A stretch of 63,910 nt of DNA, counting the filler, from Collodictyon triciliatum (lineage: Eukaryota), in NCBI GenBank assembly GCA_043381765.1. It is 5 parts of 5 records of this genome, joined end to end, with 100 filler letters (N's around TTAATTAATTAA, not from the genome) between each part and the next. Parts side by side here need not be neighbours in the genome. Positions count along the whole stretch, not along the records: positions 34,829 to 52,129 come from JBHJMP010001467.1; positions 52,230 to 58,859 come from JBHJMP010001574.1; 3 more parts are not named here. One strand, written 5' to 3'. Numbering within the stretch: position 1 is the first letter of the stretch; each line of letters begins with the position of its first letter. This document shows positions 38,001 through 52,515 of this stretch, in pieces. Below the pieces are notes generated by a model, which was not told the DNA's origin, did not search any database, and saw only the letters and a list, made by a program, of their open reading frames with translations. A program made the translations under genes and the position numbers.

Positions 38001-41000
38001 TTTTCGATGACCCAACTCGGCGGGCTAGTTTTCTGCTATCGTTGCCAAAATCTCCGTATCTTACAGAAAATTCACTTTCTTGGAAATCCTTATTGGAAAT
38101 TCTCCAGACCAAATGCAAAGCTACGAGAACCTATGACTTTTTGTGGACCGTACTTATCTACGTTCATAATCTGCACTCTCGTGATTACCATAGCCATAGT
38201 ACCCTAGATACTAAGCAGCCAGTCTCTATTGACTGCTCCATTTCTTTTGAGGATGGCCATATTATTATGGACTTCATAAACGACGAGGACCCAGTGACTC
38301 TTTTATATTCGTTGGTGGAAAAGGAAGGCACCTTTCCTGGTTGCATGCGTGTTTTGATAGAAAATATTTGCACTTGGACTTGCTCCAAAATCCCAGATAC
38401 TGCTATGTTTCTTCGAGTGTTTTTACAGGTTAGTTGATTGCAATTATTTATTTATTTATTTTTTTTTAAAAAAAAAGAAGAAGAAACAACCAAAATTTCA
38501 CACTCAACATGTACTTCTATGTATGTAAAATCACATTCATACCACAATCTCTTGTTGTGATTTACTTTTCCTTTATTTCCTTCGTTTCCTTCATTTCCGT
38601 TTGAGAGTTAACCATACGTCACAAAATAATAGAAGGACGTCCCTCTCAGCCCCATAAGTCGCACAGTTTTGGAACAATTGATACCTGAAATTCAAATTCA
38701 TGGGGATATGTTTACATTTTATGAAAATGCAGAACTGTATGGACAGTTATCGAAGACCTTGAATCGATGGAATGTCAAGAATACTATTGGAGGCTGTCTT
38801 GCATCTTTTCTGGACCGCTATGAGGTTACAACCTCTAGATTTTACAAAGACATCGTCTCTAAAACTATTTCAGTGGCAGGAATGAGCAGATTGTTTCAGT
38901 ACAAGAAATACGTGACCAAGGCGCACACAATTGCGGAGGCTAAAAATCTGAACCCAATATTTGATCAATTCGACGAACAAAAGCTTAAGGTCTCCAAAAC
39001 CATAGAAATTTTAAAGCATTATTTCCAGACCTTTCCCAAGGATGAGTCAGTAAAGAGGACCTTTGACATGCTGTCACGACTTCAAGATAATCCCAAAATG
39101 AACCTGCTGGAGTTTCTCGGGTCGAAAATCATACCTGAAGATATCTCAAAGTACATGAAGCCTCTGTTCAACTTGATAAAATCCTGTATATTCAAGTACA
39201 TATGGGACAATCAGGTCAGACACTATAAGTCCTCCAGACGTATAAGTAGTCATGGACAAGATATTATTGCTTATTTGATTCCGCCTGCCTTTGAAGAACT
39301 GAATAACTTCGTTAATGGTTTAAAAACGCAGAAAATCAGTGTTTTGTTCTTATGTCGCGCCATTTATGATCACAGATATTCTTTGAAAGAGTGTCAATCC
39401 GAAATTACTGCTGCAATCACTGCTGTAAAGGATGCTGGTTTGTCGGAGATTGCTCGTGATGAGGCACAAATTAGGGCAATCCGTGAAAGTTTTGAGTTCT
39501 TCCATAGAAACATGTCGTTCCAATCCTTCTTTGAAACATTGGGAAACCTAATAGATGTCCTGCAAATTCCTCAGGTGGAGTTGAACGAAAACTACCAGAA
39601 GATGATATCCTTTAATCAAAACATCAGCTCCATTCGCAGTAAGGTGGCGGAGTCCATAACGATGGGAACAAAATTAAGCATATTGGATGATTCCCCCTTA
39701 AACCAATTGAAGCAGAAAGCTTTTTTCATGGACGAGGTCAAGATTGACCTTGTTGCATTTGCTTCGTTCTTCAACCGAGTGTCTGCTTCACTCATCAAAT
39801 TTATTTTTGATGTTTGGACACCAAATGCTGATCACTTTGAGGATTTCATTCGCACGGCAACCAGCAAAGCAAACGACAAAATACAACAAGATCTCATCAT
39901 CAAATTTGGAATTGCTGTTGCTGCCATCTCTCCCATTCTTCGGCTGCCAGTAAAGTCAAGCCTGTCAACTTTACTACAGGATTTGAAGAAGATAGATCTG
40001 TCCGAAAGCAGACAATCGGCAATGCAGACCATTGCCAAGCGGGCTGACGAGATAAGATTCATATTTACGGACCAGGCAAAAAGTGACCAAGAGAAGGCTG
40101 TGACTCAAGTGACCAACTTCAAGAGTGCTGGCTATAAATACGTTATCCAAGATGTGGGACCAGCAAACGGGACAGAATGCGAACAGTTTCTTTCTATCTG
40201 CATTAAGGATGAGGCCAATCTCCCGAGAAACATGCCCGCTGTGTATTACTCAAAAGACGTTCAAGTATTGCAAAACAAGGTTTTTCTGGCCATGAGCAAC
40301 GAGATGAATTTGCAAGCCAAGCAAAATCTTCAAGACTTCCTAGATGGGCTTGAATCACTTCAAGGGCTGTGCAGCTTATACCAACGCCTGCAACAACTTC
40401 GACATCCCAACCATTTTAAAATACCCATAGAGATCGATTGTACAGAATCAAAAGCCGCCCTGTCGACAATATTCGACCATCACAAGAGAATTCTGAGTGA
40501 CTGGGAGCTTGAAATTCAAAGAGTTCGTGACAATCATGTTATGGTGAACTTTTTTACCATGCAACAAATTCTAGAGTTGATGAGATTGTCATTCCCATTC
40601 CAAAATGCTTGTTCAGCTTCAGAAATCTTCAGCTCCAATGTTGGGGCATACATATGCTCTCTGATTCCAGACTGGAGCGATACCGATTTTGAGAGATGGT
40701 ACCTGGGACAAGATCTGCGCATTGTCGAGAAGCCTGATCCTATTTTACATTTCAATCGCATCGCGCAGTGTTTAGATACGCTGGTGGAGAAAAAATTCAG
40801 CTCAAAACAATTATCTGACTGGGGTGACAATAGGATACTGAGAGGGAGACCGAATACAATTGTTTCTGAAAAATATACGGCCCTAAAGTCAGCTGTTTGC
40901 ATGTATATTCGTGTGTTGAACCGCTTTCCCAACCACTGGGAAATTCTGGCATGCTCGACATATACAACTGAGGAACAAATTGATCTATTCTTGAGAAGAT

Positions 41001-44000
41001 GTTTGTCAAAGCGGCAAAATCAATCAGAGTTGTACACTGTCATTGGTGTTGAGAATATTTCTCATAAACTTCAATCAAAGTTCAATGAATCCTTCCTAGA
41101 ATTAATGGAAACTCAGAAACCGAACGGCTATTGCCTGTGTTTGCACCTTTCCGAGAAACAAGATTCCCTCATATACCGACAATTTCTTCCATACAAGATA
41201 GAGGCAAAGTTTGAAACCAATAGTGAAGCCTTAGAAAAAATTAAGCCGTTGATTGAGGCCCGTAATTGCCGCGTCTTGACATTCACCTCACAGGGAGCCT
41301 CTGAAGGAAAAAGCTTCTCTATCCGAAACTGGATCTCCTCGCAACCTGGCGGTATGTCCTTGTATAAGGCTATGCAAGTCAGTAAGGACATGGATATCAA
41401 ACAATTTATTACAGGGATTGAAAATGTCCTCGACAGTGCTTGCTACATTCATTTGAACCTGGCATCCACTGTCACTGAAGTGTTCAACACCTATCTGTTC
41501 CATCTAATTTTTACTTGTTATTTGGATGATGGCCACCAAAGTTCATTTATTGTTCCGTCCGGAAAAACCTACCTCATCGAATTGCCAAATGTATACAATA
41601 AATTAGAGTTTGAGAAAAAGATTAATCTCACGGGCGTTTTCGAGCCGGGCCTAGTCCTTCAAGAACTCGATGTGACCAATAATACTGACCCAGCATTGGT
41701 TGTAAATGTCGAGGGCACTCATGTTAACAAAATCCAGTATGTTTGCCAATACCTGAAAGCAAAGGAGACTCTAACTGCTGCAGCGTTTGATGTTTCAGTC
41801 CGAAAATATTCAGAGTTACCATCTCATGAGTGTGTTTTATAGATTTTATTACTATTTTTAGATGTTTTCAAATAACTCTGGAATCAACCCCCTCCTCCCC
41901 AAAGAAAAGAAAAGAAAAGAAAAGAGGAAATATTCGTGTATTTCGTTCTGCTTTTAATTAACCTCAATCTCACAACTCTTGCAATAAAAATATAGATGCA
42001 GCCGACTACTAAATGAATCGTGTGATCTTCCCAGAGGCCAACAGATGGCTTTTATCAACATTATGTGTTATCTTTTGCACCTATTCAGAGCATACTTGAA
42101 GACTCGAATAGCGACTTTTAATGCAGACGCAAAAATGATTTTGGTGAGCTATCTAACCTATCTCTTTCCGATACGATGCCATTTTGATAAAAAATCAAAT
42201 TATATTGATAAAAATTAGAGTAATATAGAATTATTGGAATCAATCCATGAAATCTGCAGTGTTCATGTAAAAAAACTATAAATCTAATCGTTTGCCATAA
42301 TGCAGATTTTCGATGCCATCGAACGTATGTCTGTGGATATTTCACGCAGCTGTCTCAAAGAGGAGCTGAATATGGGGGAAAGTAGCGAGACAACAGCATT
42401 TCGTTCCTTTGACTTGCAAACAAGTTGGGAAAATTCGGGGCTTCCTATTGTCTTATTCAACCAAATCACTGGAGAACCTCCTGTCTTTGTTACATTTAAA
42501 GAAAAAGGACTCCCTCATTTGGAGGGAATTCGCCATGACGATGTTTTGAATGTGAACAAGTTTAGCCAAATAGATTATATGCGTTACGTCTCCATACTCG
42601 TTGGGGACAGTGTAGAGAATGTGAAAGAATATATCAAAAGTGATTCCGAGGCCAGCAATTTTGTCTTTACACCTGGGAATTTTGCAAGAATCATATCGAC
42701 ATACCTAAGAATGTCTGCTGGTCTTCCTGTTGTGATTGTTGTATGTGATTTCTATTCGCCAAGAAATTAGCCCCTGGGGGCAATATACACTATTGATTAA
42801 CTACGATAGATAATATTCTTATCCCGCCATCTAAGTCATCATTTTATTCTAACAGGGAGAAACTGGATGTGGCAAGACTACCTTATTCAAGTTTCTATCT
42901 ACTATTATTGGCTCCCCCATGGAGACACTCCGAGTTCACGGTATTTTGAAATAACCTACCTTGAAAATATTAACACCCTTTCCCAAGGAAACAAAAATAA
43001 TTATATGTTTAGAACTTGAGAAAAATAGCAAGACCCTTTTATCGTGAACGTGAGTCGAAAAACAATATGGGATATGAATGAAGTCTAGTGATCGTGTTTC
43101 TTTGTTTCTTTTTTTTTTTTTTTTTTCGTCGATGCTACCAGGTGGCGTCACGGAGAATGAAATTCGGATGGTTATCGATGCTCAAATCGGTAATGTAAAA
43201 ATAAATTATATAAAAAATGTGCTTATGTATTCGTCCTGAAATTCTCTTCAAATAAAAATTTTTTTTAGAGAGGGCCAACCAATCTCCAAGCTCAAATTTT
43301 TACGTTTTTCTCGACGAAATCAATACTACTCCACTTCTCGGGCTATTCAAAGGTTCGTTTATCCATCAATTTTCCCATCATATTATTTATTTATTAGAGA
43401 ATTATTTACTTTATTTGAAAGGATGTTGATTTTAAGGCACGTTTCTAATAAAAAAAAAATCACAAACCTTCTTGTTACGCCCAGAAATGATATGTGACCA
43501 TTCCATCAACAGTGACCCTATTCCCAGCAACGTCATTTTTGTCGCTGCTTGCAATCCATTCCGTAAGAAAGGGACTTCATCAAAGATATCAGAGTTGGAT
43601 TGCGCACTTTCGGCACCAACAACCAACGCTGAAACATCTCACCAGTTTGAAAACCTTGTTTATGCTGTTCTTCCCCTTCCACTTGCATTGTCGAATTATG
43701 CCTGGGATTTCGGGTCGCTTTCTGAAAAGGATGAGATGTCATATATCGAAGCGATGGTACATAGCCAGATTCCTGATGAACACACTGCTGATATCTTCTC
43801 TTCGTGTGTATCAAAAAGCCAGCTGTTCATTCGAACCAAATGCAAGGAAAGCACGTTTGTCACCTTGCGAGATGTCAAAAGGAGTCTGCAACTTTACCAT
43901 TGGTTTGAAAAGGTCAGTTCGAATCGTCAAAATTACCATGTCTTTGCAATATCAATAATATTGACTACTCTAAGTGCGGTTATATGAAAATGGATACATA

Positions 44001-46588
44001 TGTCCACCCTACTGATATTCAATTTCCAAAACTGAATGATCAATCAAGATAAAATTCGAGCCACCTCAAAGAACTGAAGGAATGCTTAAGGATTTATGGG
44101 AACAGTATTCGTGTGCTCCAAGTCTTGACCATCCAGAAAGGTCCATGATACTATCAATGATAGCAAACTACATGTTCCGGCTACCGTAAGTTAAAAAAAA
44201 ATACTCAAATCTAATCCAACCCAAAGAATATCTCTAAATGTTTTCAGTGATTGAGTTTCATCTGCAAACATTTAATGCTTACTTTTGTTAAATGTAGAGG
44301 CTTTCTTTTATTCTTAAAAAAAAAACTGTTGTTTGAGGGAAACGTATTACTTCATAGAACTAACGAGCTCAGATCGGAGTATTCGAAACTGATCGCAAAG
44401 ATTCTCAAAGTTGAAGAAAATCATATTGATTTGGTCCTTAAGAGGGAACAGTATCTCTACGTCGAGCAGATGAATATCCCTGCGGACACTGCACGTAATT
44501 CAGCGTTGTTGGAAAATTTCTTTATGATGGTCACAGCTCTTTCCAACCGGATTCCGCTATTGGTAATCACACACAAAAAGATCAGAGAATGCAATTTTAA
44601 TTTTCTAGAAAAATTTATATCCCACTTGTATGGGTTCAATGTAAAATCGTGAATGTTATATTTGAGCTTTTTATGCACCGGAGATTAGAACATCCTAAAT
44701 ACTGATTGTCATCATAATACGTAGATTATTGGGAACCCAGGCTCTTCCAAATCCTACAGCTTGCATATCCTCAATAAAAACCTGACTCCAACCCAGAAAG
44801 TCAGTAATCCGAGACTGGAAAAGCTTAAATCATTCTCATGTGTCACTTACCAATGCTCCTCAGAATCCACATCAGAGGGTATATTTTTATTCGAGCTGCT
44901 TATCCAATCACATAAATTGTTATCATATCTTGTCATTTTAACACTTGAATGTATTCTGAGTATGAAAATCATTAAAAAGGAATCTTGACTGCTTATGAGA
45001 GAGCCAAAGTATACGACAGCGATACAAATGTTCCAGTCGTTGTTCTAGATGAAGTGAATATGCCTCCCTCTTAGCCATATTGATGTTTACTATGTGCTTA
45101 GAGATGAAATTTTGAATCAATATTCATCATCCATCTAAATATCGCAGATTGGACTTGCTGAGCAAAGTGAAAAAATGCCTCTGAAAGTTTTACACTGGCT
45201 CTTTGAAGACGAGAGGGTAGCTTTCCTTGGACTTTCCAACTGGAAATTAGATGAAGCCAAAACGAATCGCGCGGTAAATATTATCATAACTTGTAAAAAT
45301 ATGTATATGACTACCTTGGTATTCTGTCATATACTAATTAAAAATGAATTTTTTTGGTGGATGCTAGCTTTTCATTACACGACCGAGGATAACAGAGCAG
45401 GAACTGATTGACACAGCTAAAGGGATGCTAAACATAGGCCAGAATGATATCGTGGGTCTTGATTATTTTGTTTCTATTGTAACATGAAATTCAACCTTCT
45501 ACCTTAGCTCACCAAAAAAAAAAAAATAGTAATAATAATTCACTATTATGAACTTAATTAAGAGATCTGAATCCGTTTCAAGAATCGCATCTTGCTTCTT
45601 TAATATTTACAATCAACAATTATCTTGGTTCAATAAGCAGTATTATGGTGGGCTTTTTTTTTTGAGGAATTTTTAATGATGTGTCCGTTGCTAGTTGCCA
45701 ATTATTTCTTATGGTTTCATTATACAATTAAAATATTGACCTTTTTACAGGGCTTCGTGACTTTTACTTTGTAGTCAGGGGAATACACAGCGAGATTTCA
45801 TTCGAGCCTGAAAAACTCGGTTATATGATTTCTCGGAATTTGAATGGTCGCAAATACGAATACTTTCAAAAGGTTCTAAAAATATTTGAGGACGAATTCA
45901 ATCTTAATGTCCCAAGAAGCAGCTCAATTAACTTGGTAAATTAGTAATTGATGTATTATTTTTATTTTATTTTTTTACCTACGGGCGATTTCTTATTAGG
46001 GTACTTTATGCAGATTTTTAACTTTGAATTTCAAAAATTCAAATAGATTAAAGAGAGCATCAACGACTCAAACTCTCGCCATTTGATGATCGTATCTAAA
46101 GGAAACAAGCTATCGTTTGAAAGTCTTTTCGATATAGGGATAGTTTCGTATGATAAGTGTACTGTCTTTTACGCATCTGATTTCGCTGAAGATAAACAGG
46201 TGAATATCCAGCTCATTAAATTAAACCTCCATTTTCTTGGTTGTACTTTTATATGTATTGAGAAAAATATGAAACTATGAATTAATAGACACTAGGCAAC
46301 TAACAACTTTTTTATTATTATTTTGTGAGACATCTGTAAACAAATAGTATAATACTCAATAGGAATATGCAATATATCAAAGTGTCAGCAAACTTCGGGA
46401 TTGTATGGAAAGAGGTGAAAGAGTTGTTCTTGTCGACCAAAAGTCGATTTATGACAGCCTTTATGACTTGCTAAACCTGGTACAAACAAAATTAATCAAT
46501 TCGATATTATTTTCAATCATCCAAGCTGACTTGATGGGTTTCTAGAACTGCATGATAGGGCTTCTTTTATTTATGTTAAATTGTTGTT

Positions 46589-46634
<46 letters not shown>

Positions 46635-46999
46635 TTTTTTTTTTTTTTTTTTAATTTTTTTTTTTTTTTTTTTTTTTTTGCCGTCTTTACGTACTGAAAA
46701 TTTGATAGCATTACTTTAGAGTCGGAGACAAAAATTACTGCTATCTTACGATTGGCGCTCAAGCTGACAAACCATTCTTGGTTCATCCGGCTTTCAAATG
46801 TATTGTAATAGCTACTGAGCAAGACGTTAATCAAAATTCACCGTCTGGGTTGCCTCCGCCATTCTTGAACCGATTTGAGAAGCAACTGTTTATCCTCGAT
46901 GATATTTTGGCTCACTACAATCTCAATGGGATAGAAAATAAAATACAGGTTTCAATCGATGATGATCTATTTATTTTTTCCTTTATGACAATATTGGTT

Positions 47000-47054
<55 letters not shown>

Positions 47055-50000
47055 ATATTTGTTTTTTTTTTTTTTTTGAGATTTGAATTTTCTTTCATTG
47101 GAACAGAATGTTACCAACAAATAATTTTATTTGTTTTCAAAAATTAGGATAGGTTGAAGAGGCATAAAATACCAATGCTAAAGGATGAGCCTTCGGCATT
47201 TTTCTGCTGCACAAACATCGATACATTGCGATCTTTAATCATCTCTGAAATTATAATAAAGAGAGGAAAGACATCAGGAATTACTAAACAAAATGAGATA
47301 CCACCTTTTGAGGATATTGTCAAGACCGTGAATGAAGAAGAGGTTTACATGCATAATCTTGAAAACTGCCATTAATATTTTAATCCTCCTTTGTGTATCG
47401 AAACGTACAAATTTTCCTCCATTTGTTTTGTTTTGCTTTCAGCAAGCTGAACATTCATATGTGGTAGGTCTTGGAGTCTTGCTGGAACAAAATATTGATG
47501 GTATCCCGAACAAATCAAGTTTTGACCCTTGGAGACAAAACAGTAATACTCCTTTTATGTTTTATTAGATGTCGCATATTTTGCAGTATATTTTTATTGT
47601 AAAGTTAAGGTTTTGAAAAGGTATTTAAGCTGGGTTTTTGTTATTATCACATAACTTGTCCTATTTTTCATTCTGTTAATTCCTGGAAAGGTTGAGAAGA
47701 AATATATGGAATCTCAAAAACATGGATGTTTAATCGATTATCTTGAGCATATTTCTTGGGAGCATCTGTCGCGCCATGAAAGGCTAATTCAAGTCTTGAC
47801 GTATACCGCTCAAGTGCCTGATGCAGCTCTGAAAGGAATTTTAGGACCTGAAAAAAGTGCTCTTGTAAGATATAATTTGCCTCCATGGTTATGAAAAATA
47901 TAGCTTCGCTTCGATTCTTAATCCAAGGAGACCGTTTACCATAGTAATTCTCAATCAAAATCTTCTTTCATTTTTTTTATCTGAAACAGGTCTGTACCAT
48001 GAATGCTACGCAATACAGCTCTTCTAAAAGGCTAGGTTCGGATTTAGACGCATTCTTTAAGTCCAAAGAGAGACTCTTACTGATTAGCTGTGACTTGAAT
48101 TTCTGCGATCAAAAGAGGATGACTCACTTGAAATACATGTGCTCCAAGACCATGTCAATGTGGACAAACATACCATCGAATGCGCATAAGGTCATCGTTG
48201 TTGTTTGCTATCTCCCAAAGCCCAAAATTGAAATGGAGAAGGAGATAAGCGTACATTTTGACCGAAATTGGTTGATAACATTTTTGGACTCTGTGTCACA
48301 GTCAAGCCTGTCGTTGGAAGCTTTATGCTCAAGGAATGTGCTGGATTCTCTCGAGCAGCTGCAAAAAGACGAGCTTTCAAATATTGTTCGATTTGAGTAT
48401 CTGAATGCGGCTCACAGAGTAGTCTACACCAGAAAAGTCTCCTACATGAACAAAATAGATCAAGTCCAAAAGATAATGAGTGAACCACGTCTTATCCAAG
48501 GAATTGGAAAAGTTATGGGTGTCCTTTTATCAAAAGCTTCCAGGGCCGACGGCGGACTAAAGGTAGATATCTTGGCTGTCTGCAAGGATGAACCGCTTTT
48601 GGCAAGGTATGGAAGTGTACGAGAAGCAGCTTTGAGCAAACTTCGAGCGATTATCTCATCGCAGGTCGCATATTTACTTGCAATCATCGACCAGTATGAA
48701 AACCTTTCACTGATTGCCGACCGCACATCCCAAGCAAGTACAATAATCGCGAAGCTTTTTAGTGAAATTTTGAACAAAGAAATTATGTGGAAGAGCTGCA
48801 TCGATTCTGGACCGCTGCAATCATCAAATAGCACTGTAACCGCTCTGATTCATGGCCGATTTAAGTGTCAATACCCATTCAGCAATTTGATTTTTACCCA
48901 CGTAGAAAAATTCCGACTGGCTACGCTAGCAAGTGCCAAAGGAAAAAATCTGGACATCGTTACATCATGTCTTAGGAAATTCACTGATGAAATATTTGAT
49001 TTTTCAGAATCCGTGGGTCCGGATATGATTGTCTATTATATTAGTGACTTTGTCTTTTATTCGGGCATTTTGCAGAAATCTTACACCGAATACGATCAAA
49101 GGCTTTACTCCAAGGTTATTCATTTGATTGGAAGCTCAATATCCAGAGAATTCGACATCGAATCTGTTCATAGTTTAATGTGGATATATTCTGACTGGCT
49201 CAAACCGATGCTGGAATCGCTTCATTCACTTTCGGAAAACTTTTTACGAAGACTAGTGATTGAAATAAGTGAAATGAAGCCAAAAACCCCATGTGCCCTG
49301 CTAGAAGGTTTGTTTGATAAAGTCTGCGGGTTTTATCTAACAAACTCGTTCTCTAGCTCATCTAGTCTACGACCAGAATCCACCCAAGAATGGATTGAGA
49401 GCCTTAGTTGCCTTGATATCATACTGAATTCCATCATCAATGCTTTTTCCAACTTTGAGGCTGAAATTACCGAAGGAAAATATCAAGAATATAAGGCTAA
49501 AGCAGTTATGGCCCGGGTGCTGAGTAAATTTGGTGAAAAGGCTGTGCGGGAAGGAGTCCTGGCCATACCCGAGATAAGGTCCTTAGGGGATGTGATTTTG
49601 GGTATTTTCAAGCAGGACACTGATTTCCAAGATACAAGACTTGTTCGACAATGCCTTTCAGTTGTATTTGCACAATCATTTAAGCAATCCGAAGAAATAG
49701 CTGACCAAAGTAGAGTTTACTTTATAGAACTTTTCTTGTTGGACTGTGTGTTCAAGTCATCTGGTAATCAAGGCGCTGCTACATTTGTTCAGGCTATGAA
49801 TCTGGCGCTCAAAGGGACTGATCCGGATCTTTCTATGATATCGAAGTTTACCGTTCATGAGTATATTCGAAGGGAAATTATGGCTTATGTTGCTCGTGAA
49901 GCTCTGAAGAAACGAGATATTTATGATATTGATTTAGACGGTTTGTTCACAGAAGTTGAATCGACAAATGAGAGCAGCGTAGACCATATGGCTCATTCGA

Positions 50001-51933
50001 TGTTTTCTGAGGCGTGCGAGAATCAACTAGAATATGAAGCCGTTGAATTTAGGCCTGGAAATACAAAACCTTTGCGAGCCATGTTTTTGAAGGATATTGC
50101 TTACCTAAGAAATGAAACCACTCACTTTGTAAGAAGGATGATACAGCACAAAGAAAAGGAAGTAAATCTTACGGAGAGGAGCGTCCAAGAATATACTATT
50201 CTTTTGCAGCGCTGGTCAATATATCAGAAGCAAAATCTGTGGTACCTTTGTAAGCTGCTTTGTCGTCAAGTAGGAAATCTGGTTGCCTCTGACCTTTTGA
50301 AAGATCCTGTAATGCGTGCCTTAGTCAGTGCCTTCCCTGGTCCACCGATTGAATTCTTTATTAAAGCCCCGCCACCGTCAATATCGATTACCTTACCTTC
50401 TATTATTGATGCTGTTCCTGCCAGTGTAAACAGTCAGGTTATTGAAAATATGAAATCATTTATGGCGGATGGAAAAATCTCTCCAGCACTGTCCCAGGGC
50501 ATCACCACTTTCCGTTCTATAGGACGTTATTGGCTCAATCAGTTTTTGAATTACGTTCTAAACTATTCTCCTCCGCAGAGTAATATTGTTGATGCCATCG
50601 TTGGAAATCTAGTTCAAACCACCAACATCCCCTGCCGGCAGGATTTGCTAGTCTTGGTTATAGGAAATAATCACCTCATTCCTAGGCCCGAGTTGAGGTC
50701 CTTTGGAAATAACCAGTCGAATATTTTGAAACTCAACTTTATTTACTCATTGGCCCTGTTCTATGCGGTTTGTCCAAGTGGTTTCTGGCCCATGGAGACA
50801 TTTTTCACTCATAATGCAGCTTTGAAATCGATGTTTCTTCCTACGATGCCTGATGACCCACGAATCCAGGAAGCGGGTTTGGATAATAGATTCACATAAT
50901 TCTTTCATGAAATGGATAATATGCTGAATGTCTGTGTGAAATATTCATAAGTCCTTTTTGAACGAATGTTTTTGTAAGAAAATAATAGTTTTGTGGTGGT
51001 TTTCATGATTTCTCCTGTTTGGACTTTATTATATTTTTAATCATTTGTAGAAAGTTTTTTGATTCAAGAAGTACTGGGCGTCTACCTTTGTCCTAATGGA
51101 CACGTTTATTTGATCGAAAACTGTACCTGGCCATACTCTGAGGGAAGATGTACACGTTGCCAAGCTAAAATTGGTGGGGTGAATCACATTGCTGTAAGTG
51201 TTTTTTTTTTTTTCCTAGGCTTTTAACTTGAATGTTATTCATATACCTCTACTTTCATCTGCAGTTTCCTGGAAATATTCGTGTTTTCCTTAACACCACT
51301 GGAAAGTTTCAACCAAACCCTCAACGGTTTTTTTTTAAAAAAAATTCAGTTAGACATACTAGTAAAAATAAAATAGTCATTTTTTTATCAACTTATGAGG
51401 AATTTTTTGAGGTTCTAAGAAATGCGCTAACCTAGATGTGGCCATAAAATGCTGCATGAATTGGTTGAACACACTCCTGCAGGATATGACGTACTTTATA
51501 TCACATTGATTCTACTCAAATAAACTATGAATCATTGTTTGGCTATAATCAATCTTTGGTAGACACAAATATGTTGAATATGTTTCCTCTTTTTTCTTTT
51601 CCCGCAGGTTGACCCCATAGCTGGCCATCACAAACTAAGAAATATGACTATCATTCAATTCCGTTTGTTGCGTATCTTGGTCAACGCAACTCTTATCATC
51701 TGTTCACTGTTGAAGGTATTTGACTGATTCAGCCCAACATCTCTATATATTTTTTATGCGTTTGTTATGATTTGATAAAATAACTAAATTAAAATCATAG
51801 ATTGATGCACTATGTACACTTCAAAAAGCGCATGAAGAATTCTTGAAAGATTGGAATGTACTTTTGGAAACAATACCTGCTGATGAGCAGAAACTGTCCT
51901 TGATTTTGAAACTCATGGTTCACGGACTACTTT
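35004..51933 (+). CDS. RNF213/mysterin-like giant AAA+ ATPase with RZ-type zinc finger; spliced, 3' end lost at contig end
   Basis: GETGCGKT (42856), FLDEINT, FVAACNPFR, LVYAVLPLP, WDFGSL, VTLRDVKR, ALLENFFMM, IGNPGSSKS (44728), VVVLDE|IGLAE, LSNWKLDEAKTNR, GLRDFY, SLYDLLN, PPFLNRFEKQ, FLPTMPDD, CPNGH...C...C..C...IGG.NH. Confidence 0.9.
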
Positions 51934-52129
51934 GTGAGTCTAACGCATTTTTTTATCGTAAATAATATGTCTTTTTTTTAGAAGAAAAAGACGACTTTTT
52001 GATATACCAAGTTCCTCATTTCTCTTTCTCTTTCTCTTTCTCTTTCTCTTTCTCTTTCTCTTTCTCTTTCTCTTTCTCTTTCTCTTTCTCTTTCTCTTTC
52101 TCTTTCTCTTTCTCTTTCTCTTTCTCTTT

Positions 52130-52229
52130 NNNNNNNNNNNNNNNNNNNNNNNNNNNNNNNNNNNNNNNNNNNNTTAATTAATTAANNNNNNNNNNNNNNN
52201 NNNNNNNNNNNNNNNNNNNNNNNNNNNNN
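52130..52229. other. Artificial contig linker N-TTAATTAATTAA-N, preceded by (TTTCTC)n
   Basis: Same 100-nt structure. Confidence 0.95.
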
Positions 52230-52515
52230 ATCGGGACTTTGGATACCGCAGATGAGTTACGAGCAAGCCTATGTTGCTGATACGGCCAAAGACACTGATG
52301 TTTCACCCACTTATATGAGAATGCACGAGCTCCAAGAGAGCGGGTATGGTGGATTATCCTCTTTACATCATATGAGCTGTGTGCATGGTCAAGGAGCGCC
52401 CGTGGCGGCAGCAGCAGCAGCAACAGGGAATGTCGTACACCAGCTCGGAAATCCGACTCAGGCAACACCTCATAGCCATTTCAGAGCACCGAATCCAGCG
52501 GATTGTATGCCATCG
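52230..52515 (+). repeat. Left arm of near-identical inverted duplication (partner 56546-56831)
   Basis: 286-bp reverse-complement match, about 4 substitutions by eye. Confidence 0.92.
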
